Positions 48,718 to 56,549 of a stretch of DNA of 64,000 nucleotides are shown here, in pieces. The stretch's first letter is position 1. Every line of letters begins with the position of its first letter. The stretch covers positions 1,763-65,762 of the forward strand of contig JAZOVV010000045.1 in assembly GCA_045658925.1 (NCBI GenBank). Direction: 5' to 3'. The DNA is from Eubacteriales bacterium (lineage in GTDB: Bacteria > Bacillota > Clostridia > Oscillospirales > CAG-272). The position numbers and the translations under genes are program-made. The notes under the pieces are model-generated. The model did no database searches. It had not been told where the DNA came from and was given only the letters and a program-made list of their open reading frames with translations.

Positions 48718-50307
48718 TCAGAACTGTTGATAAATAAATTGAGAAGCATCGTATCCGATGCCGTATGCGCCGAAGATGAGAATAACCACGGCAAGCGCGC
48801 AAACCGCGGCAAACCACACAACGGGCTTTTGTGCTGCGCGGCGATGGACGGGGGTCTCTCTTCCCAATCGGTCAAAGATGTTGATAACAACAATGCCGCC
48901 AAGAATAACACACCAATCGGCAACACCGAGACCGAATGAGGTAAGTCCATCCTCAAAAAGCTCGCCAATATTCCATTTTGTGAGCATACTGCCCCACAAG
49001 CGGAAGGTTTTGGGCACATCGCGATAGCAGTCAAGGCTACGGATAAGTCCCATCAAAAGGAAGGTGCGCGTCATCTGCCACATCTGCCAAGCCTTGGTGT
49101 CTCCAAGCTTCGGAAAACGCTTGTGGAAACGTCTATAAAGAGGCTCGAGCTCGCGCGAAACGAGGATAACGAGGCAGTTGAGCAGTCCCCATACGATAAA
49201 GTTCCAACCTGCACCGTGCCATAGTCCTGTCAAAAACCAAGTGGCGATAGTGGCGGTGTAAACGGGCAAGCGCATACCGAATCCTTTGCCAAAGCGTTTG
49301 GCGGTAGAGAGGGAGAGCTTTTGCATTCCCTTGCAAACAGAAAGCGGATAAAAGATGTAATCGGTGAACCACGTGCCCATTGTGATGTGCCAGCGGTTCC
49401 AATATTCCTTTGTAGATTTTGAGGAGAACGGGCGGTTGAAGTTTTCGGCAAGCTTGATGCCCATCGCCTCGGAAAGACCAATGGTAATATCGATGCCACC
49501 CGTAAAATCGCCGTAAATTTGTGCGGAATATAGTAAAATCAGCAAGAAAACGTAGATGCCGTCAAACTTGTCCGATTGCTCAATCAGGGTTTTGATACCA
49601 ATCATTGCGGTATCGGCAACAATCAGCTTTTTGAAATAGCCCCAAGCAACGCGGAAAAGTCCTGCGCGGACATTCTCGCCATTGAAGGGATGTTCGCCGA
49701 TGAGTTGCTCTTGCAAATCCCCAAAGCGGCTGATAGGTCCTTGCAACAGCTGTGGGAAAAAGGTGACGAAGAGCATAAACTTTGCAGGATTTCTCTCGGC
49801 GCGCACCTTTTTGCGGTAAACGTCGATAAGATATCCCATCGATTGGAATGTGTAAAAGGAAATGCCCAACGGCAACAAAAGCGACGGAACAGTGAGCTGC
49901 TTTGCACCGAATGCACCGAGAATACTATTGACATTCCCTACTGCAAATGCGGTATATTTCAGCACTGCAAGCATACCAAAGCCCAAAAGGAGACCTACGG
50001 TCAAGATGCGCAGGCGCTTCTTTTTCTCTTTGGCACGATAGGACTTGCGCTCCTCTTTGGAAAGAGTCGCGCGGTTCTCTTCCACGTAGGCATCCTCGCG
50101 GTCGGCAAAATGCTGCAAAGTGTGCCCCGTTAGGAAGGTCACAAACCAAGTATAGAGAATAAAATACAGGTATTCTACCCCTGCAAGTGTATAAAAACAC
50201 AGGCTGGATAAGAGCAGAACCTTCCACTGCGAGCGACGCGGCACGAGATAATAGACTATCAGCGTCAGCACCGCGAAGAGGATGAATGAAAATGACGTGA
50301 ATTGCAT
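48718..50307 (-). CDS. MBOAT O-acyltransferase (DltB/AlgI-like)
   Basis: PLGISFYTFQ, FFPQLLQGPI, ENF.RP, WNRWHITM, GLWHGA. Confidence 0.93.
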   Translation of the reverse strand: MQFTSFSFILFAVLTLIVYYLVPRRSQWKVLLLSSLCFYTLAGVEYLYFILYTWFVTFLTGHTLQHFADREDAYVEENRATLSKEERKSYRAKEKKKRLRILTVGLLLGFGMLAVLKYTAFAVGNVNSILGAFGAKQLTVPSLLLPLGISFYTFQSMGYLIDVYRKKVRAERNPAKFMLFVTFFPQLLQGPISRFGDLQEQLIGEHPFNGENVRAGLFRVAWGYFKKLIVADTAMIGIKTLIEQSDKFDGIYVFLLILLYSAQIYGDFTGGIDITIGLSEAMGIKLAENFNRPFSSKSTKEYWNRWHITMGTWFTDYIFYPLSVCKGMQKLSLSTAKRFGKGFGMRLPVYTATIATWFLTGLWHGAGWNFIVWGLLNCLVILVSRELEPLYRRFHKRFPKLGDTKAWQMWQMTRTFLLMGLIRSLDCYRDVPKTFRLWGSMLTKWNIGELFEDGLTSFGLGVADWCVILGGIVVINIFDRLGRETPVHRRAAQKPVVWFAAVCALAVVILIFGAYGIGYDASQFIYQQF

Positions 50308-50312
50308 CCTGT

Positions 50313-50540
50313 TTATTCTTCGTCAAGACGCTCGATAAGCGCCCAAATGGTGTTTACGTTTTGGAAGTTTTCGGGAATCAGCTCCTCGGCAGGAATTTGC
50401 ACGTCAAACTCCATACCAATCTCGGTAACGAGACGAACCATATCGAGGGAATCGAGCACGCCCTCGTCGTAGAGGTCGTCAATCGATGCAAAATCTACGT
50501 CGGGGTGAAGTCCGTTCAAAATTTTGAGTAAAGTTTCCAT
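50313..50540 (-). CDS. Carrier protein (DltC-like ACP)
   Basis: GVLDSLDM phosphopantetheine motif, PENF, acidic 75 aa. Confidence 0.88.
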   Translation of the reverse strand: METLLKILNGLHPDVDFASIDDLYDEGVLDSLDMVRLVTEIGMEFDVQIPAEELIPENFQNVNTIWALIERLDEE

Positions 50541-50583
50541 AATCTATTGCTCCTTAAAGTAACTGTCTAAATATCCACATTAT

Positions 50584-50612
50584 ATTATACCTTTTTTTAG
50601 AGTGGTTGTCAA
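50584..50612 (-). promoter_or_regulatory. Sigma-A promoter of the ACP-MBOAT operon
   Basis: Perfect TTGACA-17-TATAAT on the minus strand. Confidence 0.8.
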
Positions 50613-50696
50613 TGTGAAATGGGAAGATTTTTAGAGTTTTTTGAACTATTTATTAGCCTCCCTTGTGTAAAGCGAGCCTTTCGATAGATACGCAAA

Positions 50697-50720
50697 CAGC
50701 CGCACCCGAAAGTGCGGCTG
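50697..50720 (-). terminator. Intrinsic terminator
   Basis: cagccgcac/gtgcggctg stem downstream of the 50742 gene. Confidence 0.65.
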
Positions 50721-50741
50721 GGAACATTTAATATATGCGAA

Positions 50742-51467
50742 TCAATATCTGTCCTCAAATATATGACGACATTTCCAAAACTCCCTTGCGAGGAAAATGA
50801 CCACAGCCACCAATAAAATCAATGCCAGAGCGGTAACCAACAATGACTGTACAAAAACAATAGTCCGCGCATCATACAAAACTGTTGTTTGTCCGTCTGC
50901 ATTGGTACTTGTCAACTGTGAATAATTTATTGCAAACAAATTTAGGATGCCAAGATCGTTTTGAATAGCATATGTTTGACCTTGCACACTTTTTTCATTT
51001 GCCCCAACATCGTCCCAATAGGAACGATTGGCATAGGTATCTTCAATCTCTGACATTTGCAAAATTTGACCATTGGCATCAATTGATATAACAAGGTCAC
51101 TGCGAACTGTGCAAAGATTAATCAGGTCGCCATCCCATTCAACGCCAAAAGTACCCGCGGATTTAAATGTATAGCCATATTGGAATTCACCTTGATTGTA
51201 AACGCAAATCGTTTTTTTGTAGCGTCCCGCATCACAACCAATTACAAGCATTCCGTCTTCACGCACGTCAAAGCACGCAACGGGATATTTTGTAGGCTCT
51301 GATGTGATAGGCGTGAGTTGCAAATTCCCCTCGATTTTTTCTTGCTCCTCTTCGCTAATGTCCACCACAGAAAATCCTGTGTTGAGCGCGCTTGCACTTA
51401 TCATACTGTTCTGTATGATGATAATGCTAAAAAGAAATGCGCAAATCATTAGAAATGTTTTTTTCAT
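50742..51467 (-). CDS. Hypothetical exported protein with C-terminal TM anchor
   Basis: Signal peptide ending ASA, C-terminal hydrophobic helix. Confidence 0.7.
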   Translation of the reverse strand: MKKTFLMICAFLFSIIIIQNSMISASALNTGFSVVDISEEEQEKIEGNLQLTPITSEPTKYPVACFDVREDGMLVIGCDAGRYKKTICVYNQGEFQYGYTFKSAGTFGVEWDGDLINLCTVRSDLVISIDANGQILQMSEIEDTYANRSYWDDVGANEKSVQGQTYAIQNDLGILNLFAINYSQLTSTNADGQTTVLYDARTIVFVQSLLVTALALILLVAVVIFLAREFWKCRHIFEDRY

Positions 51468-51529
51468 AAGATAGATATTCCCTTTCAAAATTGAGCGGCA
51501 AGTACAATCAAAACATCAAAAAATTTATG

Positions 51530-52156
51530 TTACTTTTTCTTTTTGAGATAGAATTTCGACTCTGTTCCGGCTCTCAGGCGGCTGATGTTTTGGTGGTGGC
51601 GGGCTACTACGAGAATACCTGCAACTGCCATAATCACGAGTGTGATAGGGTTACGGCATCCGAGGATGAAGAGCACGATGGGAAACAGAACTGCAAAGCT
51701 CATGGATGCCACCGACATAAAACGGATGGTGAAAAGAATGATTACAAAGATGGCAAAGCAAATAAGTCCTGCGCGCCAATCAACAAACCACACACCTGCA
51801 AGGAAGGTGAGAACCGCCTTTCCCCCCTTAAAATCGTACCATACGGGGAACGCGTGGCCAAGCATACAGCCAAGAAGTGCGGATGCTGCGGCAAGTTGAC
51901 CTGCCCCATAAGCATTCTGCATTACAAGCTTTGCAAGGAGCACCGGAAGGATGGTTTTGCAAATATCAATCGCCATAACGCCAAAGGTTGCGGGGGCGAA
52001 GCCGTGAAGTCGTTTGAAATTGGTAAAGCCGGGGTTTTTGCTACCAAGCTTGCGAATGTCCTCGCGGTAAACCAAGTGCGAGAGGATAATGGCGCCGTTG
52101 ATACCGCCAAGCAAATATGCAAATGCGGCAAATGCTAAAGAATTCAAATATAACAT
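51530..52156 (-). CDS. plsY: Glycerol-3-phosphate acyltransferase
   Basis: YLLG, GSKNPGFTN, DICK, GHAFP..FKGGKAV, RHHQNI.RL. Confidence 0.93.
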   Translation of the reverse strand: MLYLNSLAFAAFAYLLGGINGAIILSHLVYREDIRKLGSKNPGFTNFKRLHGFAPATFGVMAIDICKTILPVLLAKLVMQNAYGAGQLAAASALLGCMLGHAFPVWYDFKGGKAVLTFLAGVWFVDWRAGLICFAIFVIILFTIRFMSVASMSFAVLFPIVLFILGCRNPITLVIMAVAGILVVARHHQNISRLRAGTESKFYLKKKK

Positions 52157-52175
52157 ATCGGTACTTCCCTTTCAA

Positions 52176-52793
52176 TCAAAGTTTGTTTTCGGTGTCGTTA
52201 AATGCCAACAAAATGTGGTGCGTGTTTTTGCGAACGCGAACAGTATACATTGTCGTCCAAAAGTTTACGATGCCGACAAGTCCCATCGAAACACCCATCC
52301 AAACGCTGACGTCGAGCTCGTGGTATGCCAACATAATCAGCACAACACCCACAAGGATTTCTAAAATGGCGGAAATAAGAACCCAATACCACTTTTTAAT
52401 GCCAAAGTTTTTGCCTTCAAGTGCCATTTGCGACTTATTTGTGCCATCGAGAATGGTCAAAATAGAAACGGCAGTAGGCAAAAGAACGGAAAGCTGGACG
52501 GGATTGATAATCAGCAAAACGCCAAAAATAACGTTAAAAATACCGAGGGCAAAGTCGAGTTGGAACGCCAAACGGTACATATCGTTGGAAAAATAACCGT
52601 AAATGCCCGTAGCACCGATGATGATGCTTGCAACTCCTACCACGATGTTGCGGAAAATGCCGGAATCTTCAAAATCCGGTACGAGTGCCAAAAGCAGTCC
52701 TGCCACAAAAAAGATGACAGCCGAGCAAAGGTGCATGATTTTTGCGCTTTTGACAATGGCACTGCTAATATCTGTGTTGTTTTGTTGATTCAT
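52176..52793 (-). CDS. DUF308/HdeD-like membrane protein
   Basis: Six TM helices with repeated GI...I.G..L..P pattern. Confidence 0.7.
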   Translation of the reverse strand: MNQQNNTDISSAIVKSAKIMHLCSAVIFFVAGLLLALVPDFEDSGIFRNIVVGVASIIIGATGIYGYFSNDMYRLAFQLDFALGIFNVIFGVLLIINPVQLSVLLPTAVSILTILDGTNKSQMALEGKNFGIKKWYWVLISAILEILVGVVLIMLAYHELDVSVWMGVSMGLVGIVNFWTTMYTVRVRKNTHHILLAFNDTENKL

Positions 52794-53359
52794 ATCTCTT
52801 CACTCTCCTTTTGGGGTTGATAGGTTGTAATCTTTTGGAGCGCAGTTGTAAAATAGGATTTGATGCGGTTGGATGCGTGTGCGATTTGCTGTGGATCTGT
52901 CGTTCTGCGCGGATCGCACACCCAACGCATTAGTGTGCCCACAAGCGCTTCCTCGCAGAGGACACGTACAAGATTTTCATCTTCTTCTGCCCCTCGTATG
53001 CTTTGCAAATACCGTAACAGATGCGGTCGCACCTGCTTTTTGAGGTAATTGGCAAGCGGTTCGTAGCCCACCGAATGATACAAATTATAAAGCACCTTTT
53101 GATATTCGACGCAGAATGCAAAGGAAGATGCCAAAAAATCTTCAAAGCTTTCGCTTTCCTCTCCAATCTGCTCAAATCCTGCAGCGAGGGCGTACTCAAG
53201 AACCTCGTAAATATCGTGAAAATAGTAGTAGAAGGTGTTGCGCGTGATGCCACAAGCTTCTACAATGTCGCGCACGGTTATCTTTTTAACGGTCTTTTGT
53301 TCGACCAGGCGCATCGTAGTCTCTACAATCGCCTTTTGCGTCAGTTGTGACAAAAGCAT
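52790..53359 (-). CDS. TetR/AcrR-family regulator
   Basis: ITVRDIVEACGITRNTFYYYF helix-turn-helix. Confidence 0.92.
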   Translation of the reverse strand: MLLSQLTQKAIVETTMRLVEQKTVKKITVRDIVEACGITRNTFYYYFHDIYEVLEYALAAGFEQIGEESESFEDFLASSFAFCVEYQKVLYNLYHSVGYEPLANYLKKQVRPHLLRYLQSIRGAEEDENLVRVLCEEALVGTLMRWVCDPRRTTDPQQIAHASNRIKSYFTTALQKITTYQPQKESEEI

Positions 53360-53519
53360 ACCTCCTCTCTTGTCTTATGCCATTATTATAGCATTTTTTC
53401 CTTTCTTTTGCAAGAAGGATAATAAAAGTTTACAATATTGAAAAAAGCATTGATTTTTAGGGCAAAATATGCTATAATAGCGTGTATTTGTTTTAAATTC
53501 AAAAAGGATTCTTGATTAT

Positions 53520-54455
53520 ATGAAATTTTTTAATAACGTCAAAGGCAGTGCCATTCTTGCCTTGGCTGCCCTGATTTGGGGACTTGCTTTTGTTGCGCAA
53601 GCACAGGCTGCCGACCTTGTTCCCCCCTTCGCATTCAATTCCATTCGTTGCTTTATCGGCTCGGCGGCTCTCTTTGCAGCACTCTCGGTAAAAAGTATAA
53701 AAACGAAAAAACCTATCTTTCCCACCGAAAAGGTGAAAATCAAAGAAATGCTCATTGGCGGCATTTTGTGCGGTATTTTTTTGGCTGTGAGTGTAAATTT
53801 TCAGCAATTCGGCCTCTCGGTCTATCCCGAAGGCTCGGCAAGTGAAGCAAGAGCTGGCTTTATTACGGCACTTTACGTCGTTCTTGTTCCTGTAGTTTCT
53901 ATGTTCTTTGGCAAAAAGAGCAACGTTATCATTTGGGGAGCTGTTGCGGTTGCTACCTGCGGTATCTATCTGCTCAGCCTTTCCGAGGGGCTCCACAACA
54001 TTTACCTTGGCGACCTCTTGATGCTTGGTTGTGCCCTGACCTTTACTTTTCATATTCTTGTTATCGACCGCTACGGCGAGCCCGTTGGCGGAATGCTTCT
54101 TTCCGCATTGCAATTCTTGGTTGCAGGTATCCTTTCGGGTGTGCTTGCCCTTTGTTGCGAGACGGTTGTGTGGGAAAACGTGCTTGCCGCCGCGCCGCAG
54201 CTGCTTTATATGGGTATCATGTCCTCGGGTGTGGCTTATACGCTGCAAATTTACGGTCAACGCTATGCAGAGCCTCCCGTTGCTTCGCTTACCATGAGCC
54301 TGGAAAGTGTTTTTGCCGCTCTTGGCGGTTGGATTATTTCGGGAAACACCCTCACGCCCCGCGAATTTGGCGGATGTGCACTCGTGTTCACCGCAATCGT
54401 TTTGGCACAGTTGCCGCAGTTTTTTGGAAAGAAAAAAGAGGCGGGAACTGTCTAA
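53520..54455 (+). CDS. DMT/EamA family transporter
   Basis: IWGLAFVAQ, AGFITALY, GDLL, AYTLQ, SLESVF; about 10 TMs. Confidence 0.92.
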   Translation: MKFFNNVKGSAILALAALIWGLAFVAQAQAADLVPPFAFNSIRCFIGSAALFAALSVKSIKTKKPIFPTEKVKIKEMLIGGILCGIFLAVSVNFQQFGLSVYPEGSASEARAGFITALYVVLVPVVSMFFGKKSNVIIWGAVAVATCGIYLLSLSEGLHNIYLGDLLMLGCALTFTFHILVIDRYGEPVGGMLLSALQFLVAGILSGVLALCCETVVWENVLAAAPQLLYMGIMSSGVAYTLQIYGQRYAEPPVASLTMSLESVFAALGGWIISGNTLTPREFGGCALVFTAIVLAQLPQFFGKKKEAGTV

Positions 54456-54494
54456 TTATGACAAAAAGATTTTTGACAAAATGTGCTCGGATAC

Positions 54495-54523
54495 TTGACA
54501 CCGAGCACATTTTGTATTATAAT
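54495..54523 (+). promoter_or_regulatory. Sigma-A promoter of tRNA-Gly
   Basis: Perfect TTGACA-17-TATAAT. Confidence 0.85.
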
Positions 54524-54537
54524 TGTAAAGCACCCAA

Positions 54538-54611
54538 GCAGGTGTAACTCAATGGCAGAGTGTCCGCTTCCCAAGCCGAATACGCGGGTTCGATTCCCGT
54601 CACCTGCTCCA
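54538..54611 (+). tRNA. tRNA-Gly (CCC)
   Basis: GCAGGTG/CACCTGC acceptor stem, U73, encoded CCA, anticodon loop TTCCCAA, T-loop TTCGATT. Confidence 0.92.
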
Positions 54612-54770
54612 AAAAGGAACCCCCACGCGGTTGCGTGGGGGTTCTTTTTGGCACAGTTGACGAGTTTTGAGAAACTGTGTGCGCGCATAGTGCGCCCGCG
54701 ACGAATTTGCGAAGCAAATTTGTGGCTCGATTGCAAACAATCGAGCCTTGGTTCTGATTCCCGTCACTTG
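54612..54770. repeat. tRNA-associated structured element: terminator, inverted and direct partial copies of the tRNA 3' end, hairpin array
   Basis: 54649-64 matches the reverse complement of 54596-611 at 12/16 positions. 54750-70 matches tRNA 54587-606 with one insertion and one substitution. Three perfect hairpins lie between them. Confidence 0.75.
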
Positions 54771-54857
54771 TCCTTTTAGAAAACTTCGCCTATGGGATTG
54801 CATTTTATTAAAATTTATGTTATAATAAGCACATCCTACGTAAACTTTGGAGAAAAA

Positions 54858-55535
54858 ATGAAGAAAACTACAAAAATCACAAAAAAGACAAAAGATAAAA
54901 AAGTCATAATCAAAATTACGGAAATTATAAAAAAGAAAAACGCCAAAAGAATCCTGATCGCGGCTCTTGCCGCCGTTTTGCTCATCGCTACGGTTGTTGG
55001 CATCGTGCTTTGGAGCTCGGTCCATCCCATTGAAAGATTCGCGCTCAAGATTGCAAGAAAGCAGAATTTTCAAATGGATATTACACTTTCGGGCATTCCG
55101 ATTTTCGGTGCGGTTGCCCTAACCTGTGAGGTGGACGGAAATATTCAGCATATTCCGCAAGGCACTTTTATTTCGGAATCCTACATCGAAACGGTTGGTG
55201 ATAAGCGTTACACCTACTCCAAGGACGATAGCGGAAGATGGACTAAAACAGAAAAAGATATAAGCGAGAACGATCTCTTTGGCAATCTTCAAGACAACGA
55301 AATGCTCAAAAAGCTGATAACCCCTGAGAACTACGAAAAGGTGGAAGGTGAGAAAAACGTCTACCGCCAAAAAGAAGGCGTTGAGTTTGAAAGCTTTAAA
55401 GACGTTACCATCACCATAGAAAAAAACACCTGCACCATTCAAATGATCCTTTACACAGACGGTATGGCTTTGGATACGGTGATCGTTATTTCTAACATTG
55501 GCAAAATGGACGTGACGTTGCCCAAAGTTGGTTAA
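54858..55535 (+). CDS. Hypothetical membrane-anchored extracellular protein
   Basis: Lys-rich N-terminus, single TM, beta-rich domain, RBS GGAG. Confidence 0.7.
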   Translation: MKKTTKITKKTKDKKVIIKITEIIKKKNAKRILIAALAAVLLIATVVGIVLWSSVHPIERFALKIARKQNFQMDITLSGIPIFGAVALTCEVDGNIQHIPQGTFISESYIETVGDKRYTYSKDDSGRWTKTEKDISENDLFGNLQDNEMLKKLITPENYEKVEGEKNVYRQKEGVEFESFKDVTITIEKNTCTIQMILYTDGMALDTVIVISNIGKMDVTLPKVG

Positions 55536-55552
55536 TTAAAAGGAGACACAGT

Positions 55553-56503
55553 ATGAGACTTTCCTTCAAACAAATAGAAAGCATTACCGTTGGAGCCATG
55601 CAAATTTGGGAAAACGTTGACGGCGTTCATTTTTGCAAAATGCTGTCCTCGCAGTTGGATGCCTATGCGGTAATTGACAATTTTATTTATGGCAACGCAA
55701 AAACCTCGACGGGTGTTCGTCTCGATTTTTGGACAGATTCGCCGTGGGTAAAGTTCCGCCCCACCGTTACGGGCAAATATGAGGTAAAGGTTGACGGTGT
55801 TCTTACGGAAAACCGCTTTGCCACCGAGGGCGAAGACACGCTTATAGCCGTTTCGAACAACGAAAAATTACACCGTGTGACCATTCACCTGCCCTGCCAC
55901 GACGTGATTGCGGGCATCAAGCTTTTGGAAATTGCCGACGGTTCGGTTGCAAGACCGCACGAGTTCTCGCGCAAGTTCCTCTTTCTCGGAGACTCTATTA
56001 CGCAAGGCTGGAATTCGGATATCAACACGCTTTCCTATGCGTATCAGGTCAGCGACCACTTCAATGCCGAAAGTGTCATTCAGGGTGTTGGCGGTGCGTT
56101 CTTTGAGGCGACCACGCTCGACCGCGGGGATTTTGAACCCGACACCGTATTCGTTGCCTTTGGCACGAATGATGCCCGTCGTTTTCATTCACTCGATGCC
56201 ATTCATTTGCGTTGCGAGGATTACATCAAAAAGGTACTCCGTCTCTTCCCCGAGGCGCAGATATACGTCATCACTCCCATTTGGTGCGGCGATTTTGACA
56301 CCGTTCAGCTCCCCTACGGACACGTTCGCGAGGTCAACGCCACTATTGCCGATGCGGCGCATCAGTTTGGCATTACGGTGATTGACGGACTGCAAATGAT
56401 CCCCCACGATATGACTTATTTCTCCGATGACCTGCACCCCAACACCGAGGGGTTCTGTGTTTATGCAGAGAATCTCATTAAGGCGTTGGAGAACAAGAAA
56501 TAA
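55553..56503 (+). CDS. SGNH/GDSL hydrolase
   Basis: LGDSITQG, GVGG, FGTND, DDLHPN. Confidence 0.92.
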   Translation: MRLSFKQIESITVGAMQIWENVDGVHFCKMLSSQLDAYAVIDNFIYGNAKTSTGVRLDFWTDSPWVKFRPTVTGKYEVKVDGVLTENRFATEGEDTLIAVSNNEKLHRVTIHLPCHDVIAGIKLLEIADGSVARPHEFSRKFLFLGDSITQGWNSDINTLSYAYQVSDHFNAESVIQGVGGAFFEATTLDRGDFEPDTVFVAFGTNDARRFHSLDAIHLRCEDYIKKVLRLFPEAQIYVITPIWCGDFDTVQLPYGHVREVNATIADAAHQFGITVIDGLQMIPHDMTYFSDDLHPNTEGFCVYAENLIKALENKK

Positions 56504-56549
56504 AAAGCTTCATAATCGATATGTAGAGAAAATCAAATGGGAGGAATTT

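Noticed and set aside
50656-50680. gcctcccttgtgtaaagcgag, reminiscent of a clostridial REP-like palindrome
   Set aside because: Single degenerate copy in the window; the resemblance is from memory only.
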